The position numbers and the translations under genes were made by a program. Of a stretch of DNA of 32,000 nt, positions 1 to 9,430 are shown in pieces. The DNA is from Candidatus Babelota bacterium (GTDB taxonomy: Bacteria > Babelota > Babeliae > Babelales > Vermiphilaceae), in NCBI GenBank assembly GCA_039809905.1, contig JBDHVY010000001.1, positions 360,001 through 392,000 of the forward strand, read 5' to 3'. The notes beneath the pieces are model-generated. The model was not told where the DNA came from. It searched no databases and saw only the letters and a program-made list of their open reading frames with translations. Position 1 is the first letter of the stretch, and every line of letters begins with the position of its first letter.

Positions 1-2
1 CA

Positions 3-596
3 GGTGAAGAAGCTGGTATAAAATCAGCCACCTTATTTATTCGCGGAAAAAATCCCTACGGATATCTTAAAGGCGAACATGGCGTTCATAGACTTGTGAG
101 AATATCTCCTTTTGATTCTAATAAAAGACGACATACTTCTTTTACCAGTGTTATGGTAACACCAGAAGTTCCTGAGCTTGAAATTACTATTGACCCAAAA
201 GACTTGCGTATTGATACGTATCGCGCAAGTGGTGCTGGCGGACAACACGTAAACAAAACAGATTCTGCCGTCCGTATTACACATTTACCTACTAATATTG
301 TAGTGCAATGCCAAAATGAAAGATCACAACAACAAAATAAAGCTTTTGCGATGAAAATGCTTTATGCCAAACTTTCACAAAAAATGCAGGAAGAACAAGA
401 TGCTCAGCTGAGCGCTGGAATTGAAAAAAGAAAAATTGAATGGGGATCTCAAATACGATCATATGTATTACATCCCTATAAAATGGTCAAAGACCACCGA
501 ACAGATTTTGAATCACCTCAACCTGATAAAATCCTTGATGGTGAATTAATAGATTTTATTGAAGCGTTTCTTGTCTGGCGAAGTACTGTTAACTAA
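3..596 (+). CDS. prfB: Peptide chain release factor 2, C-terminal part (5' end lies outside the window)
   Basis: Frame 3 is open from base 3. Translation [39 protein letters not shown]... contains the RF2-specific SPF tripeptide and the GGQ motif ([21 protein letters not shown]). Stop TAA at 594-596. Confidence 0.95.
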   Translation, partial: GEEAGIKSATLFIRGKNPYGYLKGEHGVHRLVRISPFDSNKRRHTSFTSVMVTPEVPELEITIDPKDLRIDTYRASGAGGQHVNKTDSAVRITHLPTNIVVQCQNERSQQQNKAFAMKMLYAKLSQKMQEEQDAQLSAGIEKRKIEWGSQIRSYVLHPYKMVKDHRTDFESPQPDKILDGELIDFIEAFLVWRSTVN

Positions 597-616
597 ATAT
601 TTTTAACTATTCAATT

Positions 617-660
617 AGGTAGCTATACAAAAATCAATTTTTATAGCTACCTATTTTTAT
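617..660 (+). terminator. Rho-independent terminator after prfB
   Basis: Inverted repeat AGGTAGCTATA (617-627) / TATAGCTACCT (642-652), with further A:T pairs inside, followed by ATTTTTAT. Confidence 0.6.
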
Positions 661-770
661 GTCTTATCAAACCAATATTTGTAGTATTGCAATTGATATT
701 CATAATTTTGCTACCCTCACATAAAGATTTGCTCGTCAAAAGACCCAGTAAATATAAGTAAGGATGCTTT

Positions 771-1496
771 ATGAAAATCTTTATACATAAATTATTATTA
801 TTTTTCTTCACAACATCTTACATTGTATGTTCTCTTGATAATAATACATCACCAACCGAACTAAAAAAATATATCTCTCTCATTCATACAACAACTCCTC
901 ATCACAAACAGCTACCATCATTAAAAGATATATCTACTATTTCGCAACAAAATAATTCTGCTATCCCCAAAGAAAAAATAATCGATGCTATCCAAGACGC
1001 TCTTCTTCTCATCAAAAAGTATGATTATATCTATGCGCAGCATTGCGATATAAAAACAATTACAGAATGTTTGAACAACCATTTAGAGCAGGGCAATATC
1101 ACAAAAAATTTACCGTTTACTGACAAACATCAGGGTATCTGCAACAGACATAATGCAAAACATTTAGAAGGTTGCCACGATCATTGCGAAAAACATGACC
1201 ATAAAAGAAACACCAACAAACAATATCACTTATCCCCAAATATGATAGCTGATAAGCAACCCTATATTAAAGGCGGACTTGTTTTTACTTATCCTATCGA
1301 TTTATTTAGTGTAAACCCAATAATTAATATAAGCGTTAGCGCCCCCCCACACGCAAGCAATATAACATATACTGCTGAAGTATCTGCAGAAAACACAATC
1401 ACAGCAACTGTCATGGTTTACAAAAATAGCTCTGGAGTAATAACAGAAGCATCAACTGGCGAAGTAAATGTTTATTTCACTGCAATTGGAACATAA
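771..1496 (+). CDS. Secreted hypothetical protein with a His/Cys-rich linker; paralogue of the adjacent collagen-like protein
   Basis: ATG preceded by AAGGA with a 7-nt spacer. N-terminal hydrophobic segment KLLLFFFTTSYIVCSLD. His/Cys-rich tract HQGICNRHNAKHLEGCHDHCEKHDHKRN. Beta-rich C-terminus. The head domain (KKYISLI, LKDISTI, DALLLIKK) aligns by eye with the next gene ([22 protein letters not shown]). No known family recognised. Confidence 0.7.
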   Translation: MKIFIHKLLLFFFTTSYIVCSLDNNTSPTELKKYISLIHTTTPHHKQLPSLKDISTISQQNNSAIPKEKIIDAIQDALLLIKKYDYIYAQHCDIKTITECLNNHLEQGNITKNLPFTDKHQGICNRHNAKHLEGCHDHCEKHDHKRNTNKQYHLSPNMIADKQPYIKGGLVFTYPIDLFSVNPIINISVSAPPHASNITYTAEVSAENTITATVMVYKNSSGVITEASTGEVNVYFTAIGT

Positions 1497-1592
1497 GATA
1501 TGCTATACGTAATATAAAAAAATTGATTTTTTCATAATATTTTTATTAACTCCTAAGTATGATTAATGTTTTTTAAAAAAAAGGATGCACTA

Positions 1593-2930
1593 ATGATAAA
1601 AAATTTATCATTGATATTGCTGTTAACATGTACGCTTTTTGCGCATGACACAACAAACGCAGCTTCATTATCAGCTGAATGTTTACCAGAAAAATACATA
1701 GCTACCATCAATTTAATTTGCGATATTTCTGACTCTGCAGATATATCTGATAATCTCAAAAATCTTTCTGATATTATCGATGCAAATGAAACTGTATACT
1801 CTTTAGAATTAGTTAAAAATGCAACATGCGATGCACTTCTTGTATTAAAAAAATCTCAAAACAGATTCTCTCAATCACACTTTGCGGTGATTTATAATTA
1901 TCTAAAAAACTATCAATCACTTCTCAATTCCAATGCTCTTTTATCAGAAATATCTGATGAATATTATTTAGATATGATTGATCAAGATGCAGAAAAAATT
2001 ACACGCTGCGGCGAACCTTGCGGGTTTAATACAGAAAAATGCCCAAGAGGACGCCGCGGACACAGAGGACCTCGTGGACGTAGAGGGCACACTGGTAACA
2101 CAGGTGCAACCGGCGCAACAGGTGCTGGTTCTACTGGTGCAACGGGAAGTACTGGAGCAACTGGCCCAAGCGGCGCACCAACAGGCGCAACTGGTGCAAC
2201 TGGTGCAACCGGCAATACTGGAGCTACAGGTTCTACTGGTGCAACGGGTGCAACTGGGGCAACTGGCCTTGGAGCAACTGGTAACACTGGAGCAACTGGT
2301 GCAGCAGGAGGTTGTGGTCTAGGATCTTTATTTTTCAATCCTTACATGATGCTCCAACAAAATGGTCATGGCGGAGATAGCGATAGTGATGTTACAACTA
2401 CTACCACACCAGACAAATTATTTGGTGGATCAGGAGATGATCCTGTATATGGAACAGGCGTTAATCAGCCAGCGTTTTCTGCATGGAGATTACCTACTGC
2501 AAATGGCAACAGCCAAAGTGATTATCGTATTTTTGGCATACAGTTCAACCTACCGAGTGACATTGATGTAACTCAACCAGTAACACTTGTATATCATTTA
2601 CTCGTTAAAGATAATAATGATTCTGGTGTTGCTGCAATGCAAGTGAAAGCTGATTATGTACCAGCTAATACCAACTTTGGAACTACTGCTTCCTCAGGAG
2701 GATTTTCTGAAACGGTATCATCTGGCGATTTTGCAGTAGTAGAACCAACTGGTTCTACCGTACTTCATCATCAAGTTGTTAGTGTAAACTTAAATAATAC
2801 ATTAATGGCACCTAATGACTGGGTCTTTTTATCTATTCTCCGCTCAGATCCTGTAGGCTCAGAATATCCAGATTCAATCTATCTTTCTACCGTTGAACTC
2901 AGATATACACGAACCTGTTTGTTACCATAA
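1593..2930 (+). CDS. Secreted collagen-like triple-helix repeat protein (BclA/Scl-type architecture)
   Basis: ATG at 1593 has AAGGA 7 nt upstream; an alternative in-frame ATG at 1566 has no SD. Signal-like [17 protein letters not shown], then a helical head of about 100 aa, a Cys cluster [13 protein letters not shown], an 88-residue Gly-X-Y run and a beta-rich C-terminal domain of about 190 aa. Confidence 0.85.
   Translation: MIKNLSLILLLTCTLFAHDTTNAASLSAECLPEKYIATINLICDISDSADISDNLKNLSDIIDANETVYSLELVKNATCDALLVLKKSQNRFSQSHFAVIYNYLKNYQSLLNSNALLSEISDEYYLDMIDQDAEKITRCGEPCGFNTEKCPRGRRGHRGPRGRRGHTGNTGATGATGAGSTGATGSTGATGPSGAPTGATGATGATGNTGATGSTGATGATGATGLGATGNTGATGAAGGCGLGSLFFNPYMMLQQNGHGGDSDSDVTTTTTPDKLFGGSGDDPVYGTGVNQPAFSAWRLPTANGNSQSDYRIFGIQFNLPSDIDVTQPVTLVYHLLVKDNNDSGVAAMQVKADYVPANTNFGTTASSGGFSETVSSGDFAVVEPTGSTVLHHQVVSVNLNNTLMAPNDWVFLSILRSDPVGSEYPDSIYLSTVELRYTRTCLLP
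2049..2312 (+). repeat. 9-bp periodic coding repeat (Gly-X-Y; mostly GGN-GCA-ACN = G-A-T)
   Basis: [26 protein letters not shown]|[48 protein letters not shown]|G AT GNT GAT GAA GG. There are three register breaks. It is a local GC-rich island and produces spurious ORFs in other frames and on the other strand. Confidence 0.95.
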
Positions 2931-2956
2931 ATAAATGTAATTTAAAAACATTAATC

Positions 2957-2996
2957 AAAAGCAAAGCCGCTCCAGCAATGGAGCGGCTTTGCTTTT
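2957..2996. terminator. Bidirectional intrinsic terminator between convergent genes
   Basis: Perfect 18-bp stem AAAAGCAAAGCCGCTCCA (2957-2974) / TGGAGCGGCTTTGCTTTT (2979-2996) with loop GCAA. The A-tract on one side and T-tract on the other allow function on both strands. Confidence 0.85.
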
Positions 2997-3016
2997 CAAC
3001 TCATTCATAAATTGAT

Positions 3017-4237
3017 TTATGCATATATCTTTTCTTTTCGAGATAGATAACATTCCATATTAATACGTGCATATTTATAATCAGGATATGCTTCATATGC
3101 TTTTCTTGCTGCCCACTCACCAATTTCAAATTGATTAGTGTACCAAGCACATCGTGCAAGCAGTTCATAGCGATAATAGTTATAAATATATTTTTCAACA
3201 AACAAAATATCCTTATCTGGATATGGCATTTCAGCAGCTTTTTGCGCAAACAAAAGTGCTATATCCATCTGTCCTAATTGAACATAATAATCGGCAATTG
3301 CAACCAATGGTTCTGCACGATGAGAACGCATTTGATAAGCTTGCAAGTAATAAGTAAGTGCTTCAGACCAATTATAATCAGTATTTTTTCGATGAAAAAC
3401 CAATTTTTTAATTGTTTCAGCAAGACGATATCTCACTATAAAATCTTCTTCATCCCAACCAACTAAATCAAGACGCTTTTTATAGAAATCATATGCAGAT
3501 GTTAAATCTCCTAAGTCTTCACATGTTCGTGCAAGGTAAAATAATGTACGACTACAATGAGGCTTTCTCTCATGTTCTTTACATAATAATTCACGATCTC
3601 TGACAAAACGTGCTGCTGTTTTTTCCGCACCAAGAGCTTCTGGTAAATATTCAAAAAAGATAGTATCAGGAACTTTTGCACACGTTGGGTGAGTAATTGT
3701 TTCATGCACAACACCACCAAAACGCAACCCTCTATTACACCTCAACAAACGACACGTATAATTATCCAATGCTTCATTCACAATATGCATTAAATATGAA
3801 GCATGGATATCACCACGCTGCAAAGATAATTCACAAAATTCTAACAATGCACTCGCATCATTTAAATACCATTCTGCATCAAGCATTACCATAAATGCTG
3901 CATAAGGAAATTTTTCTTGTGCTAAATCAAGCGCACGATTACGAGATGTAGCAAAATCAATAAAAGGTTCTTGTATGATATATCCTGCTGTTATACCATA
4001 CTCATCAAACATCTCTTGCGTCACTTCCATTGTTTTATCAGTAGAACCTGTATCAAAAATAAGATATGAATTAATACCAGCATCAATAAATGGCTGCAGC
4101 GTTGCCCGCATCACGGTTTCCTCGTTTTTCACCATTAAAACAACAACCAGAATTGGATCATATTCAATCTGCTCACCAATACATACCGTATGAATAGAAA
4201 AAATAAAGCTTAAAAAAAATTGAAATACTTTCTTCAT
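3017..4237 (-). CDS. Family-2 (GT-A fold) glycosyltransferase with a C-terminal TPR-like helical repeat domain and an N-terminal signal anchor
   Basis: GT2 signatures LVVVLMVKNEE...LIFDTGSTDKT and the DXD-like motif MLDAEW. The C-terminal half has TPR-like repeats (LFYLARTCEDLGDLTSAYDFYKKRL; ALTYYLQAYQ; IADYYVQLGQMDIALLFAQKA). N-terminus MKKVFQFFLSFIFSIHTVCIG is hydrophobic. SD GAGAGGG lies upstream. Confidence 0.8.
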   Translation of the reverse strand: MKKVFQFFLSFIFSIHTVCIGEQIEYDPILVVVLMVKNEETVMRATLQPFIDAGINSYLIFDTGSTDKTMEVTQEMFDEYGITAGYIIQEPFIDFATSRNRALDLAQEKFPYAAFMVMLDAEWYLNDASALLEFCELSLQRGDIHASYLMHIVNEALDNYTCRLLRCNRGLRFGGVVHETITHPTCAKVPDTIFFEYLPEALGAEKTAARFVRDRELLCKEHERKPHCSRTLFYLARTCEDLGDLTSAYDFYKKRLDLVGWDEEDFIVRYRLAETIKKLVFHRKNTDYNWSEALTYYLQAYQMRSHRAEPLVAIADYYVQLGQMDIALLFAQKAAEMPYPDKDILFVEKYIYNYYRYELLARCAWYTNQFEIGEWAARKAYEAYPDYKYARINMECYLSRKEKIYA

Positions 4238-4271
4238 TACACCCTCTCTGTATAAATATTAAAAACTCACT

Positions 4272-5885
4272 CTAAACAGCACACACTGCACGCAATAGCA
4301 TACACAACGAATTACTTGCAAAAACTCCTGACCAAAATGGAAACCATTCTTCTTTTTCAGTTACACAAAGAGCGAGCACTCCTCCAAAAACGAGTCCAGC
4401 TGTCATATCCAGCGGCATTAATAAACCGCCCAACACTAACATTGGATTACATTTCAGACATTGTAATATCATGCCAAATAAAGCACCAAGCACAAGAACA
4501 ATGTAATCAAACTGTTGTGCTTGGATAAGCAATTGCCGCGATTGTGCACGATATGCAAATAATTCAGGAGAACCTAATCCAAAATGATTAATTAAAAGCC
4601 AAAAAACAATACCAATGCTCGCAGAAGCTATGCATAATCCAAGCAATTGATACTGTCTCATTTTCGTACGAGAAACATCAGATAATTGAGCAAGTTTGCG
4701 ACCAAAAAGTATATCTGCTGCTATTCCTCCACTCATCTCTACAAAAGTTGCTATAAAAACTAATTGTACATAATTGATGTTAAAAATAAGCATTGCTGGA
4801 ACCATAACAAATGTTGCAAATCGTCCTAATAATGCAAGACCAATTCTTCCTGCTATTGCTGCAATTTGATAGGTAGTAATACTACTACATATCAGCAGAT
4901 ATAATTGTGTATACCAAGGGAATTTAAAATAAGAAAAAAATAAAATTAATACACCACCAAAACCTACGAAAGGCAATATCGTATTTACCTGCAAAAAAGA
5001 TTGCATAGATTTATCATTGTTTTTAACCTGTTGCATACCTTTTTTAATGCCCTCAATAATATTTTGTGGCATACCAATAAGACTCATCAATGTAATAAAC
5101 AAAACGATACCACTGCAAAATGCAAGAGTAAACTCCATAAAAGATAAATGAGAAAAAAATGATCGTTGTATTGGACTAACAAAAAAAATATTAGCACAAG
5201 CTCCAATAGCAAGAGGCACAGCAATAACATGTCCTGTCACAAAACCAATTGCCCACACCATAGGAGCGATATCAAGATTTACAACCATGGCAGGAACAGA
5301 AAAAAATAAAATATGAACACGCGAAAACAGTGTAATTGTTTTTGGAATAAATCCATTCATACACCATATACCACCTTGCAATAATGAAAATAAAGCCGTA
5401 ATGCAAAAACCGATCATCAATTCATATGCTTTGCGAATTTGATTATGAGCAAGAATCATTTTATGAATGAGTTGACCAATAGGAAACGACAAATTTTGCT
5501 CGAAAACTAATGTTTTCTCAGACACATCTGCTATAAAAAATCCAAACAAACCCGCTAAAAAAGAAAAAATTCCGAGCATACTACTGAAAAAAAATGGCGA
5601 TTTCATCCATTCATTAAATAATGTTGCATCAAGAAAATAAATAGTCGGAAATGAAAAAGCACATGCTGTTGCCATAATACCACCAACTGATGCAGCAGAA
5701 ACTATATATGTCATTGATGAAGTTGTAATTACACATAACCGCGAACACAATAACACAATAAAGACAAGTGTTGGAGCAATCCAAGGACCAATTGGTGTTG
5801 CTAATGCAACATAACTCATAACAATAGTTGAGAACAAAGATAATACAATACTGATAATGATTGTTTTTACATTCATATTATTCAT
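4272..5885 (-). CDS. Polytopic membrane transporter, tentatively OPT-superfamily (oligopeptide transporter-like)
   Basis: 537-aa ORF that is hydrophobic throughout, with many predicted TM segments. Segments such as IAPMVWAIGFVTGHVIAVPLAIGA and GGIAADILFGRKLAQLSDVSRTKMRQYQLLG resemble OPT-family motifs from memory. Family assignment not verified. Confidence 0.5.
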   Translation of the reverse strand: MNNMNVKTIIISIVLSLFSTIVMSYVALATPIGPWIAPTLVFIVLLCSRLCVITTSSMTYIVSAASVGGIMATACAFSFPTIYFLDATLFNEWMKSPFFFSSMLGIFSFLAGLFGFFIADVSEKTLVFEQNLSFPIGQLIHKMILAHNQIRKAYELMIGFCITALFSLLQGGIWCMNGFIPKTITLFSRVHILFFSVPAMVVNLDIAPMVWAIGFVTGHVIAVPLAIGACANIFFVSPIQRSFFSHLSFMEFTLAFCSGIVLFITLMSLIGMPQNIIEGIKKGMQQVKNNDKSMQSFLQVNTILPFVGFGGVLILFFSYFKFPWYTQLYLLICSSITTYQIAAIAGRIGLALLGRFATFVMVPAMLIFNINYVQLVFIATFVEMSGGIAADILFGRKLAQLSDVSRTKMRQYQLLGLCIASASIGIVFWLLINHFGLGSPELFAYRAQSRQLLIQAQQFDYIVLVLGALFGMILQCLKCNPMLVLGGLLMPLDMTAGLVFGGVLALCVTEKEEWFPFWSGVFASNSLCMLLRAVCAV

Positions 5886-6007
5886 TTTTATCTTAAGATT
5901 AGGATATTTAAAAAATATTTTTTGCTTGCCATAATCTTACCTTTTTTTTCTACGTACTGCACTCGGCAACTCTCCATATTTTAATTAATTACATTTTAAA
6001 AAAATTA

Positions 6008-6050
6008 ATCGCCTTCGTTAATGCTGTATTGCAACATTAATGAAGGCGAT
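6008..6050 (-). terminator. Rho-independent terminator after the WD40-like gene
   Basis: ATCGCCTTCGTTAATG (6008-6023) / CATTAATGAAGGCGAT (6035-6050), a 16-bp stem with one G:T pair. On the minus strand it is followed by TTAATTTTTTTT. Confidence 0.7.
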
Positions 6051-6080
6051 ATAAAAATAAATTATGAAATGATATAAATC

Positions 6081-7730
6081 TTACTCTGGTTTTTTCACGT
6101 CATTTTCTGCTCTCTTTGCATCATTCTGAGCATCTTTAAGAAACGTTGCCCTAATCTCATCATCTTTTGTTTTTTTACGCCTACCAACAGGCGATGATGA
6201 TCCTGTCTGAGAGGTCACTATTTTTGATCCACTGGATGATTTAATTGGTTCTTTTGAACGCTTAGTAGCATTACCTCTCGGACTCATTTTTGAACTACCT
6301 CGTTTCTCTTTCTTCTTCATATCTTCAAGCGAAACATGAAATGGCTCTTTTACTTTAGATTCAGAAGACGAACGCCCTCTTAAAAGTTTATTTTTGAAAA
6401 AATCATCACTATAATCACTTCTTGCATATTCTTCAGTAGGCTTTTTTTTCGGCCTAGCTGGTATTTTCCATAAATACATTTCTCCCGTAGCTAAAAGTGC
6501 TGCCACAAGCCTATTGCGATATGCCGCAAGCGATAAATGTGTAGGACGTGACATTACAACTCCTGTTTCTGTTACACAAGAATAGGTTTTTGAAAAACCA
6601 TCAGGTATTGAGATGTCAAATTTTTCAGCCGATGTACCATCTCTACGATGAATATGCATTTTAAAACGGACACATTCAGGAAATCCTGGATTATCAATCC
6701 AATGAATAGATCCACATCCTAAACTTTGATCAATATCTCCTTTGTATCCTAGATCTCCAGACATATTGTCTTTCTTGATATAACCATCAGAATGCTCAAT
6801 CCAATCTTCCTTTTTTATGATTCTCACTTGACCTTTTTCATTTACGTACATTACATGGTGATCATGGGACAAATGAATCTTTTCAATATGATCATCTATT
6901 TCTACGCTTTTAAAATTTTGAAATTCAATAAAAGTATCTCCAAACACAACCGTTTGAAAATTAACAGTCCCTTGATTACTAGCAGTCGCAATATATTTCT
7001 CACTCAAATCATAAGATGAAGAATCTATTGGCTCACTAATATCAACAATAAAAAATTCTGATTTTAAGTAAGGCCTAAAATTACATTGACGAGACTTTTT
7101 GTTTATTAAATCAACTATTTTAACATAATTATTAAATGCAATAGCTAAAAATCTTCCATCAACACTCAATGATACTGCTTGCGCTCTAGAATCAAAGTTA
7201 AACATTTCACTAAGTCTTTCTTCAAATACATCATGCGACTTATTATCAACTACAAGCTTTGGCACATTATAAGATATAATGCATTCACCTTTTTTGTTTT
7301 TTGTTTTGTTTCCATTCAAAACAGAAGCAACAATTAATTTTTTATTCTGATTTTGTATCGCCGCTGCAATCATAGGGTGATACCCAGAATGAGAATGAGT
7401 AATCAATACAAGAGGTTTATTATCTACCATTGTTGCAATATTAAAATATTTAACTTCACCGCATGATTGAAATAATAATCCTTTTTCATCTGGCGTAATA
7501 AGTATCGTTTTGGGACAAACTTCACTAAATTTTTTTCCCAAATCAATTACTTCATCATTATTCCAAAGTTGAAATTTTTTCTGGAACATAAGATCTTTTC
7601 TTTCAGAACAATTATTTTGTTGATCAATACAAGGACTTGGTTGATCCATTGCATTAAGCATAAATGCCATAAAGGCCGCAGTACAAAAAATGAGTCTTTT
7701 TTTTGAACACATCAATAGAAAATTTTGCAT
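6081..7730 (-). CDS. Exported WD40-like beta-propeller repeat protein with a basic Ser/Lys-rich C-terminal tail
   Basis: ATG at 7730 is preceded by AGGGGGA; the longer ORF-track start at 7814 would overlap the divergent gene. Signal-like LIFCTAAFMAFMLNAMDQ. WD-like strands AVSLSVDGRFLAIAFNNYVKIVDL, KYIATASNQGTVNFQTV, LVAALLATGEMYLWKI. The tail of about 125 aa is rich in K/R/S (PARPKKKP, MKKKEKRG, GRRKKTKD). Confidence 0.55.
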   Translation of the reverse strand: MQNFLLMCSKKRLIFCTAAFMAFMLNAMDQPSPCIDQQNNCSERKDLMFQKKFQLWNNDEVIDLGKKFSEVCPKTILITPDEKGLLFQSCGEVKYFNIATMVDNKPLVLITHSHSGYHPMIAAAIQNQNKKLIVASVLNGNKTKNKKGECIISYNVPKLVVDNKSHDVFEERLSEMFNFDSRAQAVSLSVDGRFLAIAFNNYVKIVDLINKKSRQCNFRPYLKSEFFIVDISEPIDSSSYDLSEKYIATASNQGTVNFQTVVFGDTFIEFQNFKSVEIDDHIEKIHLSHDHHVMYVNEKGQVRIIKKEDWIEHSDGYIKKDNMSGDLGYKGDIDQSLGCGSIHWIDNPGFPECVRFKMHIHRRDGTSAEKFDISIPDGFSKTYSCVTETGVVMSRPTHLSLAAYRNRLVAALLATGEMYLWKIPARPKKKPTEEYARSDYSDDFFKNKLLRGRSSSESKVKEPFHVSLEDMKKKEKRGSSKMSPRGNATKRSKEPIKSSSGSKIVTSQTGSSSPVGRRKKTKDDEIRATFLKDAQNDAKRAENDVKKPE

Positions 7731-7844
7731 AATATTTCCCCCTTTTTTTATTTGTACGGTATACTGTTCTGTAATGTACATATAGAAATTTATGTATACC
7801 CTAAGATAATACAAAAACTACCCTTTTTAATAGGTACAATCATT

Positions 7845-8762
7845 ATGACTTTTATTATCCTTTTACAAGCGCTTTTTGCGACTTCATTTCCAATGGGCAA
7901 GTATCTCATGAATTTTGTTGCTCCATTATTCTTATCTGGAACACGAATGTTCATTGCAGGAAGCATTCTGTTGATATATGAATATTTTACTTCAGCAGCA
8001 CATTTTACGTTTAAAAAGAAACATTTTTGGATATTTGCCCAGATAACTATTTTGGGTCAATTTATGACTTATGCATTGCGATTATACGCTCTTCGCGAAC
8101 TTCCGGTATGGAAAGTTTCATTTTTTTATAATCTTTCACCGTTTTTAACAGCTCTATATGCATATTTGCTTTTTAATCAGCGATTACTGGCAAAACAATG
8201 GCTAGGTCTTTTGATTGGTTTTATTGGCATGTTACCGATACTTATCTCTTCAAGCCCTGCAGAAGCCACAATGGGAGAATTTTTTTATATTTCTCAATAT
8301 GAGATCTTCCTCATAATATCTGTATCTCTTCATTGCTATAGCTGGATATTAATCCAAAAATTAGTTCGCTATAAAAACTACCAAACGTCTATAGTCAATG
8401 GTATTTGTATGGCCAGCGGAGGGCTTATTTCTCTTATCGCTTCTTTTATTGTAGAAGGATTTCCACGCATCTCTGATCCAGCAGCTTTTTGCAAAGGTCT
8501 TACCATTATGATATTTGTCAGCAATATCCTGTGTCATAACATCTATGCAGGATTACTTAAAAAGTATTCCGCAACATTTATGTCCTTTACGAGCTTTTTA
8601 AGTCCACTTTTTGCAGCATTTTATGGATGGGCATTCTTTGAAGAAAAAATTTCATGGCATTTTTATCTATCAATATGCATTGTACTTTTGGGACTTTATA
8701 TTTTCTATCAAGACGAACTTCAACAAAAATCTAACTTTGAAGAAAAAAAATTGGAAGTATAG
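7845..8762 (+). CDS. EamA/DMT-family transporter
   Basis: About 305 aa with about 10 hydrophobic segments in the two-halves arrangement typical of drug/metabolite transporters. Start chosen at MTFIILLQALFATSFPMGK, which avoids overlap with the divergent gene. Confidence 0.7.
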   Translation: MTFIILLQALFATSFPMGKYLMNFVAPLFLSGTRMFIAGSILLIYEYFTSAAHFTFKKKHFWIFAQITILGQFMTYALRLYALRELPVWKVSFFYNLSPFLTALYAYLLFNQRLLAKQWLGLLIGFIGMLPILISSSPAEATMGEFFYISQYEIFLIISVSLHCYSWILIQKLVRYKNYQTSIVNGICMASGGLISLIASFIVEGFPRISDPAAFCKGLTIMIFVSNILCHNIYAGLLKKYSATFMSFTSFLSPLFAAFYGWAFFEEKISWHFYLSICIVLLGLYIFYQDELQQKSNFEEKKLEV

Positions 8763-8786
8763 ATACGCAACGAAGATAATTACTTT

Positions 8787-8822
8787 ATAGCCCCATGCAC
8801 AAGGTATTGAGCATGGGGCTAT
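8787..8822. terminator. Hairpin between convergent genes (probable bidirectional terminator)
   Basis: ATAGCCCCATGC (8787-8798) / GCATGGGGCTAT (8811-8822), a 12-bp perfect stem with a 12-nt loop. Flanking U-tracts are weak. Confidence 0.5.
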
Positions 8823-8850
8823 ACTATTGATGCAAACATTATCAAGTTTG

Positions 8851-9201
8851 TTATACATTAACGTGATCAGAGAATGTCATACCCGCAAGAAAATGAATAT
8901 GTAAATGGAAAACAACTTGACCAGCCCCAACACCATTATTAACAGAAAGACGGAAATGTTGTGAGCTTGCAGGCAAATCCTCTGATATTTTTTTGGCCAT
9001 CAAAATCATATCACCTGCTAAGGTAACATCTTCTTGATTAAGCTCATTAATATTGGCAACATGTTTTTTTGGAATAATAAGATAATGAATAGGAGTTTTT
9101 GGAGCAATATTATCTATAACAATAATATCTTCTGTTTCCGCTATAATATTTGAAGGCAATTGGCGAGCAATAATTTTACAAAAAACACAATTAGATTCCA
9201 A
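8851..9201 (-). CDS. hinT: Histidine triad (HIT) family nucleotide hydrolase
   Basis: Histidine triad motif HLHIHFL near the C-terminus and the N-terminal CVFCKII motif. Apparent TTG start with GAGG 6 nt upstream. Confidence 0.85.
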   Translation of the reverse strand: MESNCVFCKIIARQLPSNIIAETEDIIVIDNIAPKTPIHYLIIPKKHVANINELNQEDVTLAGDMILMAKKISEDLPASSQHFRLSVNNGVGAGQVVFHLHIHFLAGMTFSDHVNV

Positions 9202-9318
9202 TTTAGCCTCAATTTCGCTGCGGTCTTAAGTTTTTTGCAACTCAGGAGCAAATATAAAAAAGAGTAGTCATGCATTAAAAAAATAGCCACGCCATACAAA
9301 GCTTGCTAGAGCGTAGTA

Positions 9319-9404
9319 TGGTGCCGAAGGTCGGACTCGAACCGACATGATGTTGCCATCGCGAGATTTTGAGTCTCGTGCGTCTGCCATTTCGCCACTT
9401 CGGC
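9319..9404 (-). tRNA. tRNA-Leu (anticodon CAA), class II with long variable arm, CCA encoded
   Basis: Minus-strand sequence GCCGAAGTGGCGAAATGGCAGACGCACGAGACTCAAAATCTCG...GTCGGTTCGAGTCCGACCTTCGGCACCA folds as a cloverleaf. Anticodon loop is CT-CAA-AA and the T-loop is TTCGAGT. Confidence 0.9.
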
Positions 9405-9430
9405 CTATTTGCTATTTCAAACGTATCATT

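Noticed and set aside
33-284. 83-aa minus-strand ORF
   Set aside because: It lies antisense inside prfB, whose SPF and GGQ motifs are unambiguous.
2040-2320. Local GC-rich island as evidence of horizontal transfer
   Set aside because: The GC excess is fully explained by the Gly/Ala/Thr/Arg codon content of the collagen repeat. Flanking parts of the same gene have normal AT-rich composition.
1978-2338. ORFs of 114 aa (+, other frame) and 118 aa (-) overlapping the collagen repeat
   Set aside because: They exist only because the GC-rich 9-bp periodic repeat lacks stop codons in several frames. Their translations are low-complexity ([15 protein letters not shown]), and they lie entirely within a well-supported gene.
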